Source: Vampirovibrionales bacterium (GTDB lineage: Bacteria; Cyanobacteriota; Vampirovibrionia; Vampirovibrionales; JAJTHC01). Taken from it: a stretch of DNA of 64,000 nt. Positions 1 through 8,217 of the stretch are shown here, piece after piece. Numbering within the stretch: the stretch's first letter is position 1; each line of letters opens with the position of its first letter. The translations under genes and the position numbers were made by a program. The stretch lies in NCBI GenBank assembly GCA_046341215.1, contig JBKDRU010000007.1:799-64798 (forward strand). Direction: 5' to 3'. The notes below the pieces were generated by a model. The model did no database searches. It was not told the origin of the DNA and was given only the letters and a program-made list of their open reading frames with translations.

Positions 1-1713
1 GAAAGTGGCGATAGTTTGCCTTCTTTTGAAATTCGCCTGGAACTCTACGGAACGATAAACGCCGAAAGAAACAACGTGATTTTGGTCTGCCACGCCTTAA
101 CAGGCGATGCCCACTTGGCAGGCAAACATCACGCCGACGACAAAAAATTGGGCTGGTGGGATGATCTCGTCGGTGAAGGCAAAGCCTTTAATCCCGAAAC
201 GCACGCCATTCTTTGCACTCATGTGTTGGGCGGATGCAACGGTTCCACAGGCCCTGAATCCATCAATCCCCAAACCCAAGAGGCTTATCACACCAGCTTT
301 CCACCGATTACGATTGCGGATATGGTGAATGCTCAACACGCCGTCATGCAAGCCCTTCAAGTGGCTCAATGGCATGCCGTTGTGGGCGGTTCAATGGGAG
401 GCTTTCAAGCCCTTGAATGGGGCATTCGTTACCCCAATGCCCTGAAAAAATTGGTGATTGTCGCCAGTGGAGCTTGTTATAGCACGCAAGGCATCGCCTT
501 TAATGCCGTGGGTCGCCATGCCATTATGCACGATCCACAATGGAAGCAGGGACTCTATCAAACGCATGGCACCGAACCAAGGCAAGGGCTAGCCACCGCT
601 CGTATGCTGGCTCATATTACGTATGTCAGCGAAGATAGTTTGGATCAAAAATTTGGACGCTCCTTAATTGAAGGGCAGTCTACTTTACCTGCTCAAGCCC
701 CCGAAGCAGGTACGCCCTTTCAGCCCGAGTTTCAGGTGGAATCGTATTTGGATTATCAAGGGCAGCAGTTTGTGAATCGCTTTGACGCCAATAGCTACCT
801 GTATTTAAGCAAAGCACTTGATGCCTTTGATGTGGTGGAATCGTGGGGTAAAGGAGATCTCAAAACAGCGATGGCTCGCCTTGAAGCCGACTGTTTATTT
901 GTGGCGTACGACACCGACGGCTTGTTCCCACCTAAAGAAACGAAACGCTTGGTGGATGCTTTAGTCACGCTCCACAAACCGCCTTCTGCCCTAACGCTTT
1001 CGACCCCTTGGGGGCATGACGCTTTTTTAATTGACACCGCAGAGCTCAATACCATTATCTCTCCGTTTTTATACGAAGCGACACGGGAACTAAGCAAGAA
1101 ACACAAGACGCCTTTGCTTAATCGTGATGACCTTGACCCGCTACTCAGCTTAATCAACACGCACGACACGGTGCTAGACTTAGGATGCGGTTCGGGGGAT
1201 TTACTCGCCATTTTAAAAGCACAGGGGACGCATCCTCGTTTACTAGGTGTGGAACAGAAAGAAGCGTCGGTGAAAGACGCCTTAAACAAAGGCTTGCCTG
1301 TTTTGCAAGGCGATATGCTTGATACCTTAAAACAGCTCCCTGATGCGTCTTTTGATGTGGCGGTGCTTCACTTGGCGTTACAATCCCTGCAAGATCCTTA
1401 TCGTGTGTTGCAAGAAATGAAGCGAGTCGCCACCCGTTCTGTGATTGGTTTCCCGAACTTTGGCTTCTTACCGATTCGCTTGCAGCTTTTATTACGTGGA
1501 CGCATGCCCACGTCTTCCGCCCTGCCTTACATGTGGTATGATACGCCAAACATCCACCTTTTTACGCTCAAAGATTTCACGACCCTTTCGGATGAGCTGG
1601 GCTTTACGCAGGCTCGGCGGGTGTATCGCTTTGGGGACAGGTGGCAGGCACGCCCTCGTCAGGCGTGGGGCGTGAACTGGCGAGCGTCTTATGCGATTTA
1701 CGAGTTAGTGTAA
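1..1713 (+). CDS. metXW: Homoserine O-acetyltransferase MetX fused to a MetW-like domain; 5' end appears to run off the window
   Basis: The N-terminal part carries MetX motifs (NVILVCHALTGDAH, GGSMGG nucleophile elbow). The C-terminal ~190 aa carries a MetW-like methyltransferase motif (LDLGCGSGDLL). The frame is open back to position 1, and the first listed codon is TTG at 16. Confidence 0.85.
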   Translation, partial: ESGDSLPSFEIRLELYGTINAERNNVILVCHALTGDAHLAGKHHADDKKLGWWDDLVGEGKAFNPETHAILCTHVLGGCNGSTGPESINPQTQEAYHTSFPPITIADMVNAQHAVMQALQVAQWHAVVGGSMGGFQALEWGIRYPNALKKLVIVASGACYSTQGIAFNAVGRHAIMHDPQWKQGLYQTHGTEPRQGLATARMLAHITYVSEDSLDQKFGRSLIEGQSTLPAQAPEAGTPFQPEFQVESYLDYQGQQFVNRFDANSYLYLSKALDAFDVVESWGKGDLKTAMARLEADCLFVAYDTDGLFPPKETKRLVDALVTLHKPPSALTLSTPWGHDAFLIDTAELNTIISPFLYEATRELSKKHKTPLLNRDDLDPLLSLINTHDTVLDLGCGSGDLLAILKAQGTHPRLLGVEQKEASVKDALNKGLPVLQGDMLDTLKQLPDASFDVAVLHLALQSLQDPYRVLQEMKRVATRSVIGFPNFGFLPIRLQLLLRGRMPTSSALPYMWYDTPNIHLFTLKDFTTLSDELGFTQARRVYRFGDRWQARPRQAWGVNWRASYAIYELV

Positions 1714-2334
1714 AACCGCTGTTTCGGCTTGTTTATTCACATATCGCTTATGACACCACGCCAAAACAGCGATGCTTAGCGGAACACTTACCACTAACAA
1801 GGCGTGATTGAGATCTAGCCTAAATTGGGCATTGTCCAAGCTCCACACATAAGGGATGTATATAGGTGTGTCCCAAGGACTTTGCTGATAGACCCGACCC
1901 GCCCCTTCATACAAACAACGAGACAACAGAAATGCCCATACTTCTATTCCCAAAAGCCATACCAAGCTTAGATATTTAGTTACTTTATACACAAACTGCT
2001 TCGTCCAGCCTAAATCTCGGTATAAAAACCACGCATTCACAAAGAAAATGATTTGAATCAATGAAATAAAAGGAACACAATGAAGAGGTGTAAATAACAA
2101 ATGTAAAAAACAATCTAGCAAAAAAAACGAAACTACTCCCACTACAGATTCTAATAGCAGGTCATCAAAACGATGATATTGAATAATTTGCGTTGCTAAA
2201 TTAAGTAAAAGCAAAGCGATTAAACACCACTTGTTTAATCGCATACGACTTAATATCAGGTAGTGAAAGCCGATAAAGCTTATAATGCCTAGCACAAAAA
2301 AAGCATGAAGGATTAAATCTTGGCTGTGTTGCAT
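1705..2334 (-). CDS. Polytopic membrane protein (paralog A of a duplicated cassette), unknown function
   Basis: 209 aa with about 5-6 hydrophobic helices. The C-terminal 45 aa (IPYVWSLDNAQFRLDLNHALLVVSVPLSIAVLAWCHKRY) and the underlying ~120 nt are nearly identical to the next gene. AT-rich. Confidence 0.6.
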   Translation of the reverse strand: MQHSQDLILHAFFVLGIISFIGFHYLILSRMRLNKWCLIALLLLNLATQIIQYHRFDDLLLESVVGVVSFFLLDCFLHLLFTPLHCVPFISLIQIIFFVNAWFLYRDLGWTKQFVYKVTKYLSLVWLLGIEVWAFLLSRCLYEGAGRVYQQSPWDTPIYIPYVWSLDNAQFRLDLNHALLVVSVPLSIAVLAWCHKRYVNKQAETAVLH

Positions 2335-2340
2335 AGTTGT

Positions 2341-2460
2341 ACTTCTTTTATTCTCATAGGTCTATTCTAAAATCCCTTTGGGATAAGTTGACTTTCCTTT
2401 TAAAATGTTTTCAGCTTTTTTGGGAATATCCTTGACACTTATCTTACCATTTTTTAAGTC
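2341..2460. repeat. Copy 1 of a duplicated ~100-bp upstream block (aaaatccctttgggataagttgactttcctttt...cttgacacttatcttaccattttttaagtcatcgc)
   Basis: Near-identical to 3140-3245. Together with the 1741-1860 / 2503-2620 identity this defines a tandem duplication of roughly 780 bp. Confidence 0.85.
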
Positions 2461-3112
2461 ATCGCTCAGCTTGAAACGCTTCTTCCGTTTGACGTTGGAT
2501 GTATCGCTTATGGCACCACGCCAAAACAGCGATGCTTAGCGGAACACTCACCACTAACAAGGCGTGATTGAGATCTAGTCTAAATTGGGCATTGTCTAGG
2601 CTCCACACGTAAGGGATGGCTTTATAGGTGTCAGAATCGACAGAAGCATCCGCACGTAACACAGGGTAAGCCGTCAAAAGAGGCACTTGAATGCCTAAAA
2701 ACCAACGAATTAGTAGATATTGAGAGGTTTTTTTCCAAAAGTCCTTTAGCGTGGCTTCATTTCTATATTTAAACCAAGCTCTCGTCACAAAGGCGACTTG
2801 AACCCCTACCATAAGTAGTAAAATGTAATTCATAGAATAGGTAAAAGGCACATAAATAATCATTAACAGAACAAGTAAAAGACCTAAAATATTTTGTATT
2901 ATTTTACCCATCATCCCCATATTTTCAAAATGTAAATTACCTAGACTACCTCCAATGAGAGGAATGAGAGACTCAGAATCAAGCCAAAGAAAACTTACCA
3001 AAATAAGCATCACCCATAATGCAAGTTTTATTTTTTTCGGTATTTTAAAATAAAATAAGTGAGTGGCAAAGAAGATAAATGCCCCTATATAGCTCCAATC
3101 AATGTCTCTCAT
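2459..3112 (-). CDS. Polytopic membrane protein (paralog B), unknown function
   Basis: 217 aa, multi-TM, with the same conserved C terminus as paralog A. RBS-like GAAGGAAAAAGGAA lies before the ATG. A ~100-bp upstream block is duplicated in front of both genes. Confidence 0.6.
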   Translation of the reverse strand: MRDIDWSYIGAFIFFATHLFYFKIPKKIKLALWVMLILVSFLWLDSESLIPLIGGSLGNLHFENMGMMGKIIQNILGLLLVLLMIIYVPFTYSMNYILLLMVGVQVAFVTRAWFKYRNEATLKDFWKKTSQYLLIRWFLGIQVPLLTAYPVLRADASVDSDTYKAIPYVWSLDNAQFRLDLNHALLVVSVPLSIAVLAWCHKRYIQRQTEEAFQAER

Positions 3113-3139
3113 TTCCTTTTTCCTTCAAAACTTAATATA

Positions 3140-3245
3140 ATTTTCTAAAATCCCTTTGGGATAAGTTGACTTTCCTTTTAAAATGCTTTCTGCTTTTTTA
3201 GGAAATTCTTTGACACTTATCTTACCATTTTTTAAGTCATCGCCC
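3140..3245. repeat. Copy 2 of the duplicated upstream block
   Basis: Direct sequence identity with 2341-2460. Confidence 0.85.
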
Positions 3246-3331
3246 AACTTATACGCTTGAACAGAAAGATCCCAATCTTGTTTACTACCGACAGTTTAAA
3301 GGATTGAACAGTGCATAAAACACACTATTTT

Positions 3332-3856
3332 TTATCGGCAGGCTTGACAAGTCCCTCGCAAGACCAGCTCTTCGATAAAGGGTAAATCGCCCTTCTTGGC
3401 ATCCCCTAGCAAGGTCGACAAATCCACCGCCACCTCATAGCATTCCACCCGATGACAGAGGCTACACACAAAATGCGGATGATGCGTATGCACCGAATGC
3501 GGATGCCCCACCTCGCAATGCACGGCTTCACACGCATGAGATGGATCTTCCAGCACATGCGGATTCAAACTAAACCGCCACACATTGTCCCCAAAATGGT
3601 GACGCAAACACACGTTCATTTCCACCAAGTACATCAAATTACGATACAAGGTCGCTCGATCAAAGCCCTTGTCTTCCAAGGCTTGCACGACATCCGCTAG
3701 GCTAAGAGGCGTCTTGCTATTTAAGATCGTCGTCAACACCTCGACACGAGACGCCGTCGTTCTTAAATCCAAGGCGTGCAAAATGCCTTTTGCCGTCAGT
3801 GTTGAAGGTAAGGTGGCTTCTGTCGTGGGTGAAGCAAAATCAAGCGTCGTCTTCAC
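3332..3856 (-). CDS. Fur-family metal-responsive transcriptional regulator (Fur/Zur/PerR subtype not resolved)
   Basis: Winged-helix N-terminal domain followed by a His/Cys metal-site cluster (HCEVGHPHSVHTHHPHFVCSLCHRVEC). There is an unusual ~30-aa N-terminal extension. Confidence 0.85.
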   Translation of the reverse strand: MKTTLDFASPTTEATLPSTLTAKGILHALDLRTTASRVEVLTTILNSKTPLSLADVVQALEDKGFDRATLYRNLMYLVEMNVCLRHHFGDNVWRFSLNPHVLEDPSHACEAVHCEVGHPHSVHTHHPHFVCSLCHRVECYEVAVDLSTLLGDAKKGDLPFIEELVLRGTCQACR

Positions 3857-3859
3857 AGA

Positions 3860-5131
3860 TTAGGCTCCCATCCACACGCTGGGGTCTAAGTCCTTCAAGT
3901 AGCTGGTGACTTGCTCTTCAATGGAAGGAGCACCCGACTTCTTAGCTTTTTCAGCCAGCTTGGCGATGCGTGCGGCGTCTCGCTTGTCTTTTTCAGACTG
4001 CTTAAACGCTGCCATCGCTCCATTTTTAAGGGATTGCACATCGTTATAACGCAATTCACGATGTTCCCCTGGTTTTAGACCCGACAACTGAAACGCCCCA
4101 ATCGCAATACGCTTGAGTGCCACAACATCATAACCGCAGGCTTCAAACATGCGTCGCACTTGGCGATACATGCCCGAATTGAGGCTCACGCCCCAAATCG
4201 TGGGCTTCACCATAAAGACTTCAACCGCTTGAGCCAACTGCTTTTCGCCTTCAAGCTGAATGCCTTCTAAGAAGCGTTGTGCCAAGCGTTCGGGGTTTTC
4301 CACCGCACGATCCAGCTCCACCCGATACACCTTCGTTAAGTGATATTTCGGATGCGTCAATAGATTCACCATGTCGCCGTCATTGGTCAACAATAGCAAG
4401 CCTGTGCTGTTACGATCCAAGCGACCGATGGGTTTCAAGCCTTTTAAGTCTTCAGGCAACACGTCGTAAATCGTGCGACGCCCACGTTCGTCGGAACGTG
4501 TGGTGATGCAGTCCTTGGGCTTGTTCATCACAATGGTACGAATGCGTTGCTGGGTTTTGATCAACTCGCCTTTGACTTCAATGCGGACGCTTTGGGGCTT
4601 TTCAATCAGCAAGCCCAATTCCGTGACTTTTTTGCCGTTCAGCGTGACTTTGCCAGCTTCAATCAGGGCATCGGCTTGGCGACGGGAATAGGTCGAAAAG
4701 TTGGCAATCAGCTTGTTGATTCGTGTGCCTTCTTGGGCGACGACTTCATCGGGGCGTTTGGACGTTCGTAAGGGTTTAGAAGGGGGGCTTGCCTTTTTAG
4801 AGGCTGACCCTCGTTCCGCTTCAAACGTGCTGGATTGAGCGGTTGCGGATTTAGACTTCACGCGTTTAGCAGGTTTCATAAACTGGCTAAATTGATGCGT
4901 CTTTTTGTTGGTGGCGTCGCTGGATTTCTCGCTTTTGGCGGATTTCGCCGTTTTAACAGACGCTTCGGCTTTGCCTGCTTTGGAGGCGGACTTTTTACGT
5001 TCTTCGGCGATAATGGCGTCCCAGTTGAGGGTTTCGCCTTTTTTCGCTTTGCTGCGAACTTTTTTGGCGGTGGTACGTTCTTGCAAGGGCAGAACGTCGT
5101 GGGTGAAGGCGGATCGTTGTTTCGTGGTCAT
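3860..5131 (-). CDS. rluB: RluB/RsuA-family rRNA pseudouridine synthase with a ~150-aa Lys/Ala/Ser-rich N-terminal extension
   Basis: S4 domain (RINKLIANFSTYSRRQADALIEAGKVTLNGK) and catalytic motif GRLDRNSTGLLLLTNDGD. The N terminus is low-complexity and K-rich. Confidence 0.8.
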   Translation of the reverse strand: MTTKQRSAFTHDVLPLQERTTAKKVRSKAKKGETLNWDAIIAEERKKSASKAGKAEASVKTAKSAKSEKSSDATNKKTHQFSQFMKPAKRVKSKSATAQSSTFEAERGSASKKASPPSKPLRTSKRPDEVVAQEGTRINKLIANFSTYSRRQADALIEAGKVTLNGKKVTELGLLIEKPQSVRIEVKGELIKTQQRIRTIVMNKPKDCITTRSDERGRRTIYDVLPEDLKGLKPIGRLDRNSTGLLLLTNDGDMVNLLTHPKYHLTKVYRVELDRAVENPERLAQRFLEGIQLEGEKQLAQAVEVFMVKPTIWGVSLNSGMYRQVRRMFEACGYDVVALKRIAIGAFQLSGLKPGEHRELRYNDVQSLKNGAMAAFKQSEKDKRDAARIAKLAEKAKKSGAPSIEEQVTSYLKDLDPSVWMGA

Positions 5132-5343
5132 ATTGAAGAACCTTGAGGGTTAGGCTGATTCACATCAGTCTGTAATGAATTCAGTTCCATTGTATAGTAA
5201 GCACGTTTGCACCGCAAGGCTTTGTTTGAGATGAAAGCTGATGAAGCAAAACGTGGGTTTTACGCACTAGGCGAAGGCTTGAAAAGGTGTCATACTGAAA
5301 CAGAGTGGCTCTTTGAAAACGGCATAGATGCGTCCAAACCGAC

Positions 5344-5514
5344 GACTTTCGTGGCCAGAAATCGGACTTTCGTGGCCAGAAATCAGACTTTTGTGGCCAG
5401 AAATCGGACTTTCGTGGCCAAAAAACAGACTTTCGTGGCCAAAAAACAGACTTTTGTGGGTCGAAAAGTCGACTTTTGTGGGTCGAAAAGTCGACTTTTG
5501 TGGGTCGAAAAAGA
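5344..5514. repeat. Tandem array of about 8 units of 21-22 bp (gactttcgtggccagaaatcg and variants)
   Basis: Contiguous head-to-tail repeats in three subtypes (..ccagaaatcg x3, ..ccaaaaaaca x2, ..gggtcgaaaagtc x2-3) with no spacers. Intergenic, about 210 bp upstream of the rluB start and 3' of typA. Confidence 0.9.
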
Positions 5515-5563
5515 CGCCTTTCTTGATGAAAAACGTCTTTTCTAAATGCTTAATTTTTTAAAA

Positions 5564-7375
5564 TTAACCTTTGAAGTTCAAGTTAGCCTTACGCAAACGA
5601 ATGCTCTTAGGCGTGACTTCCATGAGTTCATCTTGAGCGATGAAATCTAAGCCAAACTCAAGGGTCACAGGGATCGGCACTTGAAGTACGTCCATGACAT
5701 CGGCCCCTGCACTTCGCATGTTGGTGAGCTGCTTGGCTTTCGCCACATTCACCGCTAAATCGCTTTGACGGTTGTATTCGCCAATAATCATGCCACGATA
5801 CACATATTCACGAGGACTCACAAAGAAACGCCCACGATCTTCCAGCTTTTTCAAGGAATACGCCGTTGCATCCCCCGCTTCGTTGGCGATAATGGCGCCG
5901 TTGCGGGTCTGGTTCATCTCACCAGCCCATGGCTCGTAACTCGCAAACGAAGCGTTCATAATGCCTTCGCCTTTAGTCATACGGATGAACTCTGAGCGAA
6001 AACCCAATAGTCCACGAGACGGCACAAAGAACTCAAGGGTGGTGCGTCCGTTTTCGCTGTACATGTTACGCAATTCGCCCTTACGCTGACTGCTCAAGCG
6101 TTCGATGCAGGTTCCGCTACAATCTTCAGGGACATCCAACAACACGGATTCAAACGGCTCGTGCTTGGCACCGTTGATTTCTTTCACCAAAACTTCAGGC
6201 TTGGATACTTGAAACTCGTAACCTTCACGACGCATGGTTTCAATCAAAATCGTTAAGTGAAGCTCTCCACGCCCTGAAACGACAAAGGCATCGGCACTGT
6301 CACCGTCGAGGACTCGCAAGGCCACGTTGGTGCGGATCTCACGATACAAACGATCACGCAACTGACGGCTGGTGACAAACTTGCCTTCTTTACCAGCCAA
6401 CGGGCTGGTATTGATGCTAAAGGTCATCTGCAAGGTAGGCTCTTCAATGTCGATCAAAGGCAGTGGATTCGGGTGTTCCACGTGGCAAATGGTCTCACCA
6501 ATCGTCGCTTCGCTGATGCCTGCCACCGCCACGATGTCGCCTGCGATGCCGACTTCCGCTTCAATACGCTTTAAGCCTTCAAAGGTAAACACTTTGACGA
6601 TGCGGTGCTTTTCAACCGTGCCTTCACGGGTACACAAAGCGATTTGCTGCCCGACGTTGATCGTGCCTGACTTGATGCGTCCGATACAGATACGCCCTAA
6701 ATAGTCGTTGTAATCAAGCGTAGAGACTTGAAGTTGCAAGGGGGCATCCAAAATAGCAGGAGGCACAGGCACATGCTCTAAAATGCTTTGAAACAGTGGC
6801 TCTAGGCTTTCTTGAGGGCCGTCATGCGTTAGAGACGACGTACCAGCCAAGCCACACGCAAAGACGACAGGAAACTCAAGCTGATCTTCATCGGCACCGA
6901 GTTCGATCAACAAGTCAATGACTTGATCCACGGCACGAAGCGGTTCCGCCGCAGGGCGATCCACTTTATTGACAACAACCAAGACTTTCAACTTGTTTTC
7001 TAGAGCCTTACGAAGCACGAAGCGAGTTTGAGGCATAGGGCCTTCAACGGCATCCACAACCAAAAGGGCAGCGTCGACCATGGTCAAAACACGTTCGACT
7101 TCACCTGAAAAGTCGGCGTGACCGGGGGTGTCCAAAATGTTGATGCGGTAGCCGTTGTAAGGAATGGCGGTGTTTTTCGCCAAAATGGTAATGCCACGTT
7201 CACGTTCAAGGTCGTTGGAATCCATCATGCGTTCGCTGGTGGCTTCGTTGTCTCTGAAAATACCGCTTTGTTTGAACATGCTGTCCACCAGCGTGGTTTT
7301 GCCGTGGTCAACGTGTGCGATAATCGCAATGTTTCTAATTTTGTCCGTGGTTAGTTCGAGCATTTGAGCGTTCAT
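5564..7375 (-). CDS. typA: Ribosome-associated translational GTPase TypA/BipA
   Basis: G-domain AHVDHGKTTLVD, DTPGHADF, NKVD; 603 aa with EF-G-like architecture. Confidence 0.9.
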   Translation of the reverse strand: MNAQMLELTTDKIRNIAIIAHVDHGKTTLVDSMFKQSGIFRDNEATSERMMDSNDLERERGITILAKNTAIPYNGYRINILDTPGHADFSGEVERVLTMVDAALLVVDAVEGPMPQTRFVLRKALENKLKVLVVVNKVDRPAAEPLRAVDQVIDLLIELGADEDQLEFPVVFACGLAGTSSLTHDGPQESLEPLFQSILEHVPVPPAILDAPLQLQVSTLDYNDYLGRICIGRIKSGTINVGQQIALCTREGTVEKHRIVKVFTFEGLKRIEAEVGIAGDIVAVAGISEATIGETICHVEHPNPLPLIDIEEPTLQMTFSINTSPLAGKEGKFVTSRQLRDRLYREIRTNVALRVLDGDSADAFVVSGRGELHLTILIETMRREGYEFQVSKPEVLVKEINGAKHEPFESVLLDVPEDCSGTCIERLSSQRKGELRNMYSENGRTTLEFFVPSRGLLGFRSEFIRMTKGEGIMNASFASYEPWAGEMNQTRNGAIIANEAGDATAYSLKKLEDRGRFFVSPREYVYRGMIIGEYNRQSDLAVNVAKAKQLTNMRSAGADVMDVLQVPIPVTLEFGLDFIAQDELMEVTPKSIRLRKANLNFKG

Positions 7376-7639
7376 AGGGGCATCTTTCTGGGTAAGCTAG
7401 CAGTGACGCCAGCGTGAGGGGGTTAATAAGGGAAAGCAAAATACCTTACAGTATACTCTTATTAAAACGCAAACATAAAATAATGTGAAGGGGGCGTTTT
7501 TTCTAAATAAAATCCTGCTTATTGCCCTTTAAGGGGAGGGCGTGAAGCGTAACCCCTTGACAAAGGTTGACAGATTTGCCACAATATAAAAAGGGGGAGT
7601 CCCCAAGTGTGTAAGACTTGAAGACTCCACGCTATCTTC

Positions 7640-7699
7640 TTAGTTTTTTAGGACTAATAAGAAGATTATCAACAGAATGATGGTTTCTGATGTAATCAT
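7640..7699 (-). CDS. Candidate 19-aa hydrophobic small peptide (MITSETIILLIIFLLVLKN)
   Basis: Strong RBS GGAGGTGAGCTAAA immediately 5' of the ATG. A single TM-like peptide. A hairpin plus T-run lies downstream on the minus strand. Confidence 0.3.
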   Translation of the reverse strand: MITSETIILLIIFLLVLKN

Positions 7700-7888
7700 T
7701 TTAGCTCACCTCCTTTCTGTACAGAACGGGGGTGTTGCTATATAAGCAACCCTTTTAAGGCTTTATTTACTTTAACACAAAGGTATCGTTTTTGAAACGC
7801 CATCCTAAGCCCTCTTGTAAAGTCACTTACTTGACAAGATAAAGCACTTTTGTCATACTTTTATAATCAAGTAAAGGTTCAAATCCGT

Positions 7889-8188
7889 ATGACACGAGAC
7901 AATGAATTGGTCGATTATAAAGGCAGTGAATTGACGCTTGCCCAAGTGATTAAGGCTCATCGTGAATGTGAAGGTTGGACGCTTGAAGAAGCGGCTCAAA
8001 AATTAGGGATGAGTCGACAAGCCCTGCATCAATATGAATCGGGGGCAGGTTTGCCTAGTATTGAACAGACCATACGGCTTGCCAATGGCTTGGGTGCGAT
8101 GCCTGATATGTGGCTGATTTACCGTATTGAAGCGGAACTTAGAAACCAAGGCATGGACTACAAAGTGATTCTCAAACGCCGTGCGTAG
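7889..8188 (+). CDS. XRE-family helix-turn-helix transcriptional regulator
   Basis: HTH_3-like segment LTLAQVIKAHRECEGWTLEEAAQKLGMSRQALHQYESG. The ORF could begin at 7850, but the ATG at 7889 has a better context. Confidence 0.7.
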   Translation: MTRDNELVDYKGSELTLAQVIKAHRECEGWTLEEAAQKLGMSRQALHQYESGAGLPSIEQTIRLANGLGAMPDMWLIYRIEAELRNQGMDYKVILKRRA

Positions 8189-8217
8189 CCTTTCTATCAC
8201 CACGGTTTTGTGCTAAG

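Noticed and set aside
4279-5153. Plus-strand ORFs of 70-100 aa antisense to rluB
   Set aside because: Shadow ORFs in a GC3-biased, Lys/Ala-rich coding region. No starts with RBS.
5344-5514. Possible CRISPR array
   Set aside because: The units are contiguous with no unique spacers. Unit variants are near-identical, and there are no cas genes or leader.
5207-5561. Two plus-strand ORFs (112 aa and 77 aa) spanning the 21-bp tandem array
   Set aside because: Their translations are periodic (TFVARNRTFVARNQ.../LSWPEIGLSWPEI...). That is simply the repeat read in two frames. There is no RBS or coding signal.
7557-7592. Sigma70 promoter from tandem TTGACA boxes upstream of typA/XRE
   Set aside because: Spacing to any TATAAT-like hexamer is 12-13 or 21 bp, neither canonical. 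Not called.
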